From Prochlorococcus marinus subsp. pastoris str. CCMP1986 (GTDB lineage Bacteria; Cyanobacteriota; Cyanobacteriia; PCC-6307; Cyanobiaceae): a stretch of 32,000 nt of DNA. Location: assembly GCF_000011465.1 (NCBI RefSeq), contig NC_005072.1, forward strand, positions 1,080,001 through 1,112,000, read 5' to 3'. Below the pieces are notes generated by a model, which worked only from the letters and a program-made list of their open reading frames with translations, searched no databases and was not told the DNA's origin. The position numbers and the translations under genes are program-made. The first letter of the stretch is position 1. Every line of letters starts with the position of its first letter. Positions 19,193 to 28,689 of the stretch are shown piece after piece.

Positions 19193-20323
19193 TCAATTTT
19201 CAAAAACTTTATTTTGAAGGATAACTCCTTCATTACTTAATAAACAGCCAGAGATTAATTCATCCTCTTTATCTAGATTAATTACACCATCTTTTATGAA
19301 AGGTGTAATCAGAGATGTGAGGTTCTTAGCATAAAGTGTACTTGCATCATAAGGAACAGATGATGGTAACTCGCCTGCTCCTATTAGCTTTACGCCATTC
19401 CTAATAATAGTTTCATTAGATTTTGTTCCTTCGCAATTACCTCCTTGAGATACGGCTAAATCAATAACTACTGCTCCAGGTCGCATCTTTTCAATCATAT
19501 GAGAATCGATTAAAACTGGAGCTTTTTTACCTAAGACTTGAGCAGTACAAACAGCAACATCAGCTTCGGATAAATATTTAGTTAACGTAGCCTTTTGTTT
19601 AGAAAGGAATTCAGGCGTAACTGCTTTTGCATAACCACCTGATTCGCCTGGTTTTTCATCAATTTCAGGAAGTTCTATAAATCTTGCTCCAAGAGATTCA
19701 ACTTGCTCTTTTACAGCTGGCCTAATATCTGACACGAAAACAATAGCTCCAAGTCTTTTTGCAGTGGCAACTGCCTGCAATCCTGCGACTCCTCCACCAA
19801 GAACAACAACTTTCGCAGGCTGTACAGTTCCTGCTGCAGTCATAAGCATCGGAAAATATCTATCAAGTTCACTTGCTGCTAAAAGGACTGCTTTATATCC
19901 TGCGATATTGGCTTGAGAAGAAAGTACATCCGATGATTGAGCTCTACTAATCCTTGGAAGTAATTCCATTGATAAAGCTGAGATCTTTTTACTAGTTATA
20001 GTTTTTTGAAGTTTTTCATTAGCATATGGATTTAAAAGGCCTAGCAGAATAGCACCTTTTTTTAACTTGCTTAAATTAGATTCAGAAGGAGTTTGAACAC
20101 AAAAAATAACATCCGCATTCTCCCAAATATTTATATTAGATTTACTAACAATTTCACCTCCAGATTCTTTGTATAAAGTGTCGTTAAACCCTGATAGTTC
20201 TCCTGCTGAACTTTCTACAAAAACTTCGCATCCAAGACCCTTTAATTTTTTTACAGCTGAGGGAGTAGCTGAAACTCTTCTCTCTCCAGAGGCTGTTTCA
20301 ATAGGAATGAGTATCTTTGTCAA
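19193..20323 (-). CDS. pntAA: NAD(P) transhydrogenase alpha subunit, soluble NAD-binding part
   Basis: ERRVSATPSAVKKLKGLGCEVFVESSAG, AGTVQPAKVVVLGGGVAGLQAVATAKRLGAIV, GESGGYAKAVTPEFL. Confidence 0.96.
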   Translation of the reverse strand: MTKILIPIETASGERRVSATPSAVKKLKGLGCEVFVESSAGELSGFNDTLYKESGGEIVSKSNINIWENADVIFCVQTPSESNLSKLKKGAILLGLLNPYANEKLQKTITSKKISALSMELLPRISRAQSSDVLSSQANIAGYKAVLLAASELDRYFPMLMTAAGTVQPAKVVVLGGGVAGLQAVATAKRLGAIVFVSDIRPAVKEQVESLGARFIELPEIDEKPGESGGYAKAVTPEFLSKQKATLTKYLSEADVAVCTAQVLGKKAPVLIDSHMIEKMRPGAVVIDLAVSQGGNCEGTKSNETIIRNGVKLIGAGELPSSVPYDASTLYAKNLTSLITPFIKDGVINLDKEDELISGCLLSNEGVILQNKVFEN

Positions 20324-20455
20324 TTTATAGTAGTTTTAAACATACTAAAGATAATTTGAATAAAGTCAAAAGTCTTGGAGTTTGAGTTTTGTTAAAAATA
20401 TATTTTCTTTTCTTTTAATCATGGCTATGAAAAATATATAAGTATTAAAAATCTA

Positions 20456-21034
20456 ATGAGCATAAAAGCTATCGAATGCCCAGATGGAGTTTGTCATAGT
20501 CATCATGGAGGCCATGCTGTTCCAAGACAAACCATGCAGAGAAACTTAGAAAAACATGGTAAAGACTGGTGTGAAAAACTAGCTGAAAGAATTTATGAAA
20601 TGTCAGTTGACACCTATTCTCAAACAGTAATGCCTAGCCTTCATTCATCAGGATGGCAAAGAAGACATCTAGATTGGGAATTTAAATTAGCCGAAAATGA
20701 CTCTGAACCTGATGAAGCTCTTGTTGAAGGAATCATAAATGCTACTGAAAGTTTTCTTAGAAGCAGTGAGGTGCATAGATTATTCATACAAGAACTCGTA
20801 CAGGGTACGTTTGAAGAAGCGAATGATAAAAAAATAATTTCTAAGGCTATAAAGTCTATTATCGAAGAGGAAATAGTTATTTCGTTAAGAGAAAAAAAAG
20901 AAATTCTTTTAAGAAAAATATCATCAAAATTAGTTTCTGAAGAAAAAGTTAGCGAGGAGCTCGCAATAAATTCAGCGAAAGAAGGATTTGATGAAGTTGA
21001 AAGGTTACTCGTAAATCATACAGAGGCAGTTTAG
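20456..21034 (+). CDS. Conserved hypothetical protein (His/Cys-rich N-terminus, helical)
   Basis: ORF track; MSIKAIECPDGVCHSHHGGHAVPRQTMQRNLEKHG. Confidence 0.8.
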   Translation: MSIKAIECPDGVCHSHHGGHAVPRQTMQRNLEKHGKDWCEKLAERIYEMSVDTYSQTVMPSLHSSGWQRRHLDWEFKLAENDSEPDEALVEGIINATESFLRSSEVHRLFIQELVQGTFEEANDKKIISKAIKSIIEEEIVISLREKKEILLRKISSKLVSEEKVSEELAINSAKEGFDEVERLLVNHTEAV

Positions 21035-21189
21035 ACCTAATTCTTTATATTTTGTTTATATTCACAGCAAATATAGGCTCAAATATTAACTAATTATTAA
21101 ATTATTGTTTGAAAGTACAAAGTTGTAACTTATTAGACAATGATTAAAGCAATCCATATGCTTACCTATAGTCAATTCTAAATCAGGAA

Positions 21190-21426
21190 ATGACTAATTT
21201 TATAAGAAAAAGAATTGATGTAGCAACCTGCTGGGCAACCAACAGGATATCAGTAATGGATACTCTTGAAAAATACGAGGATAGTTACGCAATTGCAGAG
21301 GAGTTCAGAGAATGGATATTGCATATTGGTGAGGAAAATGAAAACCTAAAAAGTTCTGTATTAAATTTCCCTAATGAATTAAAAGAATTATTAAATCAAA
21401 AGATAAATGAAAACTTAATCGAGTGA
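21190..21426 (+). CDS. Small conserved-looking hypothetical protein
   Basis: ORF track; soluble helical protein between well supported same-strand genes. Confidence 0.65.
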   Translation: MTNFIRKRIDVATCWATNRISVMDTLEKYEDSYAIAEEFREWILHIGEENENLKSSVLNFPNELKELLNQKINENLIE

Positions 21427-21482
21427 AATCCGACCTTCATAAATTGGGTTAATTGATTAATATTAGAGAAATAAATATTTAA

Positions 21483-22859
21483 ATGGAAACAAAAGTAAAA
21501 GAAGACAATGTTGAAAATTTAGTAATAATAGGTTCTGGTCCAGCAGGTTATACAGCTGCTATATACGCAGCACGTGCAAACCTTCAACCTCTTTTAGTAA
21601 CGGGATTTAATTCTGGTGGAATTCCAGGTGGTCAATTAATGACAACTACTTTCGTTGAAAACTATCCTGGTTTTCCTGATGGAGTATTAGGTCCTGAATT
21701 AATGGATTTAATGAAAGCTCAAGCCGAAAGATGGGGAACAAATCTATATGAGAGTGATGTTATTTCAATTGATACCAGTAAAAGTCCTTTTGAGTTAAAA
21801 ACCTTAGAAGGAAGCATTAAATCCAATTCAATTATTATCGCAACTGGCGCAAGTGCTAATAGGTTAGGTGTTATAAATGAAGATAAATTTTGGAGCAAAG
21901 GGATAAGTGCTTGCGCAATTTGTGATGGAGCGACTCCACAGTTTAGAAATGAAGAATTAGCAGTTATTGGAGGCGGAGATTCTGCATGTGAAGAAGCTGC
22001 ATATCTCACAAAATATGGTAGCAAGGTGCATTTACTCGTCAGATCCGAAAAACTCAGAGCTAGTGCCGCAATGATAGATAGAGTAAAAGCTAATTCAAAG
22101 ATTGAAATACACTGGAACACAAAAGTAGAGAAAGCTAATGGTACTGATTGGCTTGAAAACGTTGAAACCATTAATTCACATAAAGGTAACGTCGAAATTA
22201 AAGTTAAAGGACTTTTTTATGCTATTGGACACACACCTAATACAAAGTTTTTAAATAATAAAATTGAATTAGATAAAAAAGGATATATTGCTTGTAATTC
22301 TGGAAGACCAGAAACTTCAATAGAAGGTATATTTGCGGCTGGCGATGTTGTAGATTCTGAGTGGAGACAAGGGGTTACAGCTGCTGGTACAGGATGTATG
22401 GCAGCATTAGCTGCTGAAAGATGGTTAGCAGAGAAGAATTTATCAAAAATAATTGTTAGAGAAACAAGCGAACCAGAGAAAACATTGTCTTCATCAAGTT
22501 TTAATGAAGAGGTGACAAATGAAGATACTTTCAATTTAAATTCCGAATGGCAAAAAGGTAGTTACGCACTGAGGAAGCTTTATCATGAGAGTAATAAACC
22601 AATATTAGTTATTTTTAGCTCACCAAGTTGTGGACCATGCCATGTATTAAAACCACAACTTAAAAGAGTGATTAAGGAATTTGATGGAGCTGTACAAGGT
22701 ATAGAAATTGATATAGATAAAGATCAAGAAATCGCTAAACAAGCAGGAATAAATGGAACTCCTACAATACAATTATTTAAAGACAAATTACTTAAAAAAC
22801 AATGGCAGGGTGTTAAACAACGTAGTGAATTCAAAGAAGCGATACAAAATATCATCTGA
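21483..22859 (+). CDS. ntrC-type trxB: NADPH-dependent thioredoxin reductase fused to thioredoxin (NTRC type)
   Basis: FAD motif [18 protein letters not shown], redox [30 protein letters not shown]-terminal thioredoxin domain with [10 protein letters not shown] and NGTPTIQLF. Confidence 0.95.
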   Translation: METKVKEDNVENLVIIGSGPAGYTAAIYAARANLQPLLVTGFNSGGIPGGQLMTTTFVENYPGFPDGVLGPELMDLMKAQAERWGTNLYESDVISIDTSKSPFELKTLEGSIKSNSIIIATGASANRLGVINEDKFWSKGISACAICDGATPQFRNEELAVIGGGDSACEEAAYLTKYGSKVHLLVRSEKLRASAAMIDRVKANSKIEIHWNTKVEKANGTDWLENVETINSHKGNVEIKVKGLFYAIGHTPNTKFLNNKIELDKKGYIACNSGRPETSIEGIFAAGDVVDSEWRQGVTAAGTGCMAALAAERWLAEKNLSKIIVRETSEPEKTLSSSSFNEEVTNEDTFNLNSEWQKGSYALRKLYHESNKPILVIFSSPSCGPCHVLKPQLKRVIKEFDGAVQGIEIDIDKDQEIAKQAGINGTPTIQLFKDKLLKKQWQGVKQRSEFKEAIQNII

Positions 22860-22875
22860 TTAAATTATTTATTAT

Positions 22876-23142
22876 TTATTTCCTTCTTGCATTATTTTTA
22901 GAATTTCCAGTTCTTGGGCCACCACCGCCTGCATTTCTTTCTCGATAGGTAATCCTTCCTCTTGTTAGATCATAAGGACTTATTTCCACCAGTACTTTAT
23001 CTCCAGCTAACAATTTAATTCTAAATTTAGTTAACTTACCTGCTGCTCTGCATAAACATTGGTGACCTTCAGGTTGTTCTAAAGTAACCAAATAAAAACC
23101 ATTTCCTTGCTCTTTTTCTATCACACCAGATGTTTCGATCAT
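22876..23142 (-). CDS. infA: Translation initiation factor IF-1-like S1-domain protein
   Basis: S1/OB pattern GVIEKEQGNGFYLVTLEQPEGHQCLCRAAGKLTKFRIKLLAGDKVLVEISPYDLTRGRITYRER. Confidence 0.93.
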   Translation of the reverse strand: MIETSGVIEKEQGNGFYLVTLEQPEGHQCLCRAAGKLTKFRIKLLAGDKVLVEISPYDLTRGRITYRERNAGGGGPRTGNSKNNARRK

Positions 23143-23246
23143 TAAATAATTTATTTTCTAGATTTATATTATCAGAAAAGAATAAACAAAATTTACCTCA
23201 ACATAATTGCGTCAGATGAAATAGGTTAATTGCAAAGATTTTTAAT

Positions 23247-23459
23247 TTATACAAAAAATTTGATTTCATTAATTATTTGTAACTGACCATAATAAAAATT
23301 TGCCTTTGCAATTTTTTCAGGATCCTCTAGTTGATCGAAAAAGACAAATCCTAAACTCTCCCATAAAGATGAACCACAAACATTGTTTAATTCATTAGTT
23401 GCCTCTTGAGCGATATTATTTAACTTACGTTCAAGATTTTTAGATTTAGAAATTGACAT
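23247..23459 (-). CDS. Small conserved-looking hypothetical protein
   Basis: ORF track; single ORF filling the gap between infA and the NmrA-like gene. Confidence 0.6.
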   Translation of the reverse strand: MSISKSKNLERKLNNIAQEATNELNNVCGSSLWESLGFVFFDQLEDPEKIAKANFYYGQLQIINEIKFFV

Positions 23460-23511
23460 CAGAATAGTTACTTATAGTACAAATATACTATAGAATTTAT
23501 CTAATGCAACC

Positions 23512-24474
23512 TTAGAAAGGAAGTCTCTTTTTTTCTTCAATATTTAGATCAGCTTCCATTTCTTTAAGTCTTTTTAAAATCTGCTGATAATATTCTTTAA
23601 TGTAACTTTCTAAAGAAGTAGAATCTTCTTTTTTAAGTTCTAACAATTCATAAGTATTACTCATATCATCGTCTAAGGGGACTCCACTACTAGTAACTTC
23701 AGCGAAGGCCAATCTCTCAGAAACATTTAGTGCATCTTGAAAAAATGAAACCACGTTCTGAGTTACTTTTATTAGAAAAGGCGAAACTCTAAAAATCTTT
23801 GCTTTCTTATTACTATATTTTTCGCATAAAGAAATTACTTCATCAGAATCCCAAGCCTTTGGTCCAACTAAAGGAAGTGAACGCTTATAAGATTTTGGCT
23901 TATTTATAGATGAAACAATAATTTTTGCCATATCTTGGGTGTTCATATACGCGATTTTAGTTGGGGTGCCACTCATCCAGACGGCTTGACTGTCTAACAC
24001 AGGTATGGCGAATTGACTAATGACGCCTTGCATAAAAGCAGCGCATTTGAAAATTGTATAGTCAAAATTAGATTTTTCTAGAAGTTTTTCGGTGCAATAC
24101 TTAACATCCATTAGGGGTACATTTCTAAACTTTTCTGTTGATAAAATTGAGAGAAAAATAACCCTTTTTATTTTTTTCGATTCACAAGCATTAAAAAGAT
24201 TAAGTTTACCGTCCCAGTCAGTTTCATATATACTTTTGGAATCTTCGGGTCTCCCAGTTGCGCTATCAATAACTACTTCAATGTCTTGTAGAGCATAATC
24301 TATATCTCCAGAGTTTAGTAAATTCCCCTTTGTAAGTTCACAACCCCATTCTTGGAGAAAAGAAGCTTTCCTTGGATTCCTAACGAAACATCTAACTTCA
24401 TGCCCTTCTTCAATAGCTTGCTTTGCTATCTGCCTACCAAGAGTTCCTGTTGCACCTACTAAAAGAATCTTCAT
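23512..24474 (-). CDS. ycf39: NmrA/Ycf39-type NAD(P)-binding protein, putative photosystem biogenesis factor
   Basis: MKILLVGATGTLGRQIAKQAIEEGHEVRCFVRNPRKASFLQEWGCELTKGNL, YCTEKLLEKSNFDYTIFK. Confidence 0.88.
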   Translation of the reverse strand: MKILLVGATGTLGRQIAKQAIEEGHEVRCFVRNPRKASFLQEWGCELTKGNLLNSGDIDYALQDIEVVIDSATGRPEDSKSIYETDWDGKLNLFNACESKKIKRVIFLSILSTEKFRNVPLMDVKYCTEKLLEKSNFDYTIFKCAAFMQGVISQFAIPVLDSQAVWMSGTPTKIAYMNTQDMAKIIVSSINKPKSYKRSLPLVGPKAWDSDEVISLCEKYSNKKAKIFRVSPFLIKVTQNVVSFFQDALNVSERLAFAEVTSSGVPLDDDMSNTYELLELKKEDSTSLESYIKEYYQQILKRLKEMEADLNIEEKKRLPF

Positions 24475-24532
24475 ACTTGAGGATGTACTTAACTTTCCGA
24501 GATTAACTCACTTTCTATAGTATTCGTGAGAA

Positions 24533-24631
24533 TCAATCTCCTTGAAATTTTAATAATAATGCACCACCAACCAATCCAATTGGTATCAATATCCAAAATA
24601 CAGCAGCAATACTAAAAATTTCTTTAGCCAT
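24533..24631 (-). CDS. petM: Cytochrome b6f complex subunit PetM (subunit VII), missing from supplied ORF track
   Basis: Hand translation from CAT 24629-24631 to TCA 24533-24535: [32 protein letters not shown] (32 aa), matching the known PetM pattern. Confidence 0.93.
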
Positions 24632-24745
24632 AGGAAACTTAATCAACTATTATAATTTAACGTTTATATGCATTTTTTTGTAGAAAAAAGAACTAATGCA
24701 AATATCTTTAAATTATTTAATAGAGGAACAGAGGGGGTAATTTAT

Positions 24746-25690
24746 ATGAACTCTATAGATAAATCGCATGAAGGAAACGAATCTAATTATTGGAATTGGA
24801 ATGGATTTAAAATTTTTTGGAGTGTTAAAGGTGAAGATAATACAAATCCAATGATTTTGCTTCACGGGTTCGGAGCAAGTAGTAAACATTGGAGAAATAA
24901 TTCTTACTACTTTGCACAAAAAGGATATTCTGTTTACTCAATAGATTTAATTGGATTTGGCAATTCAGCACAGCCAGGTATAAGAGATATAGGAAAATTA
25001 GATAATGGAGTTTGGTGTAATCAAGTCAGTGATTTTATTAAACAAGTAATCAGGCCAAAGACTTCTAAGAAGATAATTTTAATAGGAAATTCTTTAGGTT
25101 CTTTAGTAGCTTTAACATGCGCAGTCTATTTAAAAAATGAAATATTATCAGTTATCGCATCTCCACTTCCAGATCCTTTAGTAATTAAAAAAAAGGAATC
25201 AAAACTTAATTCGACTTTTGAAAAATTTAGAATCAAACTTATAAAAATATTTTTCAGAATATTTCCTTTAGAAATAGTTCTATTTTTAATAAGTAAATTG
25301 GGAATAATAAAATTAGGACTTAATTCTGCATATTTCAAAAAAGATAAAGTAGATAAAGAATTAATAAATATTGTAAGTAAACCAGTTTTAAGAAAGACTT
25401 CGGCAAGAGCACTAAGAGCTATGTGCATTGGTATGGCAACAAGGGGAGATAAGTTAAAGGCCTCTTACCTTTTGGAACAACTTAGTTTTTCAAAAAAAAT
25501 TCCTTTTTTATTATTGTGGGGAGAAAAGGATAATTTCATACCTTTATTTCTTGGCAAAAAGATTGCAAAATTCCATAGATGGGTAGAATTGAAAATAATA
25601 TCCAATTCAGGCCATTGTGTTCATGATGAAGATCCTTCATTATTTAATAAAATTTCTTATGAATGGATTAGAGACTTAACAACCTATTAA
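24746..25690 (+). CDS. Alpha/beta hydrolase
   Basis: MILLHGFGASSKHWRNN, GNSLGSLVALTCA, LWGEKDNFIPL, SGHCVHDEDP. Track start is 24668; the in-frame ATG at 24746 is preceded by a GAGGGGG ribosome-binding-like stretch. Confidence 0.88.
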   Translation: MNSIDKSHEGNESNYWNWNGFKIFWSVKGEDNTNPMILLHGFGASSKHWRNNSYYFAQKGYSVYSIDLIGFGNSAQPGIRDIGKLDNGVWCNQVSDFIKQVIRPKTSKKIILIGNSLGSLVALTCAVYLKNEILSVIASPLPDPLVIKKKESKLNSTFEKFRIKLIKIFFRIFPLEIVLFLISKLGIIKLGLNSAYFKKDKVDKELINIVSKPVLRKTSARALRAMCIGMATRGDKLKASYLLEQLSFSKKIPFLLLWGEKDNFIPLFLGKKIAKFHRWVELKIISNSGHCVHDEDPSLFNKISYEWIRDLTTY

Positions 25691-25693
25691 AAG

Positions 25694-26218
25694 ATGAAAC
25701 ATACATTATCAGTACTTGTTGAAGACGAATCGGGGGCTTTAAGTAGAATCTCAGGTCTATTTGCTAGAAGAGGTTTTAATATCGATAGTCTCGCTGTTGG
25801 GCCTGCAGAAACTAAGGGGATTTCAAGATTAACAATGGTAGTAGAGGGTGATAATGAAACCCTTCAACAAATGACCAAACAACTTAATAAATTATTTAAT
25901 GTTCTTGGAGTCGTTGATTTTACAAACCTTGCTGCAGTTGAAAGGGAATTAATGCTTCTCAAAGTATCGTCAAAAGAAGATACTAGAAGTAATATTTTAG
26001 ATATCGTTCAAATATTTAGAGCAAAAGTAGTAGATGTGTCAGATATTGCTTTAACCCTTGAAGTGGTGGGAGATCCAGGGAAATTAGTTGCTTTGGAAAA
26101 GCTTCTTGAACCATATGGAATACTTGAAATTGCAAGAACAGGGAAAGTTGCTCTTAAGCGATCTTCTGGAGTAAATACTGAAATGTTAAAAATAAATAAA
26201 TACTCTTTAGAGATTTAA
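25694..26218 (+). CDS. ilvH: Acetolactate synthase small (regulatory) subunit
   Basis: ACT domain [48 protein letters not shown]; full family architecture. Confidence 0.96.
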   Translation: MKHTLSVLVEDESGALSRISGLFARRGFNIDSLAVGPAETKGISRLTMVVEGDNETLQQMTKQLNKLFNVLGVVDFTNLAAVERELMLLKVSSKEDTRSNILDIVQIFRAKVVDVSDIALTLEVVGDPGKLVALEKLLEPYGILEIARTGKVALKRSSGVNTEMLKINKYSLEI

Positions 26219-26748
26219 TTAGAAATTATGATTTCATAAATCAAGTCTTCCCTATCTATTTCCTGTAATATTTCTATTCCTTTAACAACTTTTCCAAAGA
26301 TTGAATATCTTCCATCTAATTCGGGGAATTTATTAGTTACAAAGAAAAACTCTGTAGTAGATGAATTCCTTTCTCCACTTTTAACCATAGCTAATGATCC
26401 CTTTTCAAAAAAGTTAGTCAAAGTTACAATTCCTGCAGGATCTAAAATTTGGTAACCATATTTTGGTTCGATTTCTTTTTTTAATTTTATTTCCAAGGGA
26501 ATATTTCTTCTAAGTTTGTTTAAGTTTTGATTTTCTTTTTTGTAATAATTGTTTTCTGGGTAAATGCCTGAATAAATTACTTTAACTTGAGGAAAATTAA
26601 TTATCTTATAAAACCTTTTATTTTTATAGATATTTTTATTTACATTTTGAATAAAATTACTTACTGTAACTGGTTTATTTTTTCCATATAATTGCACATC
26701 AATATTACCTTTTGAAGTCTTGAAAACTACTCTTTCGTTCTTTTTCAA
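26215..26748 (-). CDS. Cyclophilin-type peptidyl-prolyl cis-trans isomerase; start uncertain, probable lipoprotein extension upstream
   Basis: [68 protein letters not shown]. The track's M at 26748 is a TTG codon. Confidence 0.9.
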   Translation of the reverse strand: MKKNERVVFKTSKGNIDVQLYGKNKPVTVSNFIQNVNKNIYKNKRFYKIINFPQVKVIYSGIYPENNYYKKENQNLNKLRRNIPLEIKLKKEIEPKYGYQILDPAGIVTLTNFFEKGSLAMVKSGERNSSTTEFFFVTNKFPELDGRYSIFGKVVKGIEILQEIDREDLIYEIIISN

Positions 26749-26870
26749 ACAATTAAGTTCAAGCTTTTTACAATAATAATTAGAATCAAAAGTATTTTTA
26801 TAACTGCAACCTGTAATTAATAATAAAAATATCTTAAAAAATATAAGTGGTTTTAATAAATAAAATCTTC

Positions 26871-27428
26871 TTATTTTAAACCCTCCAAATTTACATTTAG
26901 AAATTTGGCTAATCTTGCTCCTTCCTCTTCAACTTGAAGCAACGGTTTAAGTTCTCCTGCTCCACTCAAAGGAAGTGGTTTTTTTCTGCCTTTAAGAACC
27001 AATGCAATTCTTCTTCTTGGATTAAATCCTTCACTTATATCAAGTTTTACTGACTTAATTTCATCAAAACTTAATTTAACTTCAATATCCTTAAATAATC
27101 CTTTTCTTTTAATTTCAACAGATTGAGAATCTTTATCAAAAAAGTTATAACCTGAACCGAAATTTATAAAAACCAAATACCATAAATAAATATTAAGCAA
27201 ATTCGCTATTACTCCATATGCACCCATTATTATTCCTTGAGGGATAAAAAGTAAGGTTGAAGGATTACCTAAAGGGAGCAAATCTCTACCTGTATAGCTT
27301 GAGATCGCAGCTAAGATAAAACCTATACCGCCAATAGATAACATTCCTCCAATAAGGTAGTTAGAAATTTTTCTTGAACCATTGATTTTTTGTTCAATTT
27401 TGTTAAAGGAAGAGAGATTTGATTGCAT
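26871..27428 (-). CDS. ycf4: Photosystem I assembly protein Ycf4
   Basis: Two TM segments, YLWYLVFINFGSGYNFFDKDSQSVEIKRKGLFKDIEVKLSFDEIKSVKLDISEGFNPRRRIAL, C-terminal ARLAKFLNVNLEGL. Confidence 0.93.
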   Translation of the reverse strand: MQSNLSSFNKIEQKINGSRKISNYLIGGMLSIGGIGFILAAISSYTGRDLLPLGNPSTLLFIPQGIIMGAYGVIANLLNIYLWYLVFINFGSGYNFFDKDSQSVEIKRKGLFKDIEVKLSFDEIKSVKLDISEGFNPRRRIALVLKGRKKPLPLSGAGELKPLLQVEEEGARLAKFLNVNLEGLK

Positions 27429-27612
27429 AATATTTTTATTCTAGATGTCTATTCCTACTAATTTAAGAATTAATATAGAGTATTATTACCTAATTTTTAG
27501 CATTAAAGTTAGGAAAGCTTTACAAGGCATTTCATATATACAGATATTTCCCCACTTTACTCTCAATCTTTGTTACAGTCTCATCGTATCCCGAAGCTAA
27601 AAACGATTTCTC

Positions 27613-28689
27613 ATGACGATCGCCGTTGGAAGCGCCCCACAGAGAGGATGGTTTGATGTCCTTGATGATTGGTTAAAGCGCGACAGGTTTGTATTTATTG
27701 GTTGGTCCGGTTTACTACTTCTACCTTGTGCATATCTTGCAATTGGTGGATGGTTTGTCGGAACAACATTTGTTACCTCTTGGTACACACATGGTATTGC
27801 ATCTTCATATCTTGAAGGAGCAAACTTTTTGACAGCAGCTGTAAGTACCCCTGGAGATGCCATGGGTCACAGTCTTCTATTTTTATGGGGTCCAGAAGCC
27901 CAAGGTAGTTTCGTAAGATGGCTACAACTTGGTGGTCTTTGGAACTTTGTTGCATTACATGGAGTATTTGGCCTTATCGGTTTCATGCTTCGTCAATTTG
28001 AAATTGCTGGTCTTGTAGGTATCAGACCTTACAATGCACTTGCTTTTTCAGCAGTAATTGCAGTTTTCACAAGTATCTTCCTTATCTACCCACTAGGACA
28101 GCATAGTTGGTTCTTTGCACCATCATTTGGTGTTGCTGCAATTTTCCGTTATATCTTGTTTATTCAAGGTTTTCACAATATTACCCTTAATCCTTTTCAC
28201 ATGATGGGTGTTGCTGGAATTCTTGGTGGTGCACTTCTTTGCGCTATCCACGGAGCTACAGTTCAAAACACATTATATGAAGATACAAGTGTTTACACAG
28301 ACGGTAAAGTTCAAAGTTCAACCTTTAGAGCTTTCGATCCAACTCAAGAAGAAGAAACTTATTCAATGATTACAGCGAATAGATTCTGGAGCCAAATTTT
28401 TGGTATTGCTTTCTCTAATAAGAGATTCCTTCACTTCTTGATGTTATTTGTACCTGTTATGGGTATGTGGACATCTTCAATTGGTATTGTTGGTTTAGCA
28501 CTTAACTTAAGAGCTTACGATTTCGTTAGCCAAGAGATAAGAGCTGCAGAAGATCCAGAATTTGAAACATTCTACACAAAGAATATACTTCTGAACGAAG
28601 GTATGCGAGCATGGATGTCTTCTGTGGATCAACCACACGAAAACTTTGTATTCCCTGAGGAGGTTCTTCCGCGTGGAAACGCCCTTTAA
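27613..28689 (+). CDS. psbD: Photosystem II D2 protein
   Basis: Full-length D2 sequence: [31 protein letters not shown]...[10 protein letters not shown]-like [37 protein letters not shown]. Confidence 0.99.
   Translation: MTIAVGSAPQRGWFDVLDDWLKRDRFVFIGWSGLLLLPCAYLAIGGWFVGTTFVTSWYTHGIASSYLEGANFLTAAVSTPGDAMGHSLLFLWGPEAQGSFVRWLQLGGLWNFVALHGVFGLIGFMLRQFEIAGLVGIRPYNALAFSAVIAVFTSIFLIYPLGQHSWFFAPSFGVAAIFRYILFIQGFHNITLNPFHMMGVAGILGGALLCAIHGATVQNTLYEDTSVYTDGKVQSSTFRAFDPTQEEETYSMITANRFWSQIFGIAFSNKRFLHFLMLFVPVMGMWTSSIGIVGLALNLRAYDFVSQEIRAAEDPEFETFYTKNILLNEGMRAWMSSVDQPHENFVFPEEVLPRGNAL

Noticed and set aside
21719-22534. Two minus-strand ORFs (21719..22171, 22217..22534) opposite NTRC
   Set aside because: Antisense shadows; the long one is explained by codon bias of the sense gene.
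24092-24298. Plus-strand ORF opposite the NmrA-like gene
   Set aside because: Antisense shadow.
24713-25428. Minus-strand ORFs opposite the alpha/beta hydrolase (24713..24919, 25126..25428)
   Set aside because: Antisense shadows.
27597-27955. ORFs overlapping the start of psbD (27597..27863 minus, 27773..27955 plus)
   Set aside because: Explained by the highly conserved psbD coding sequence.
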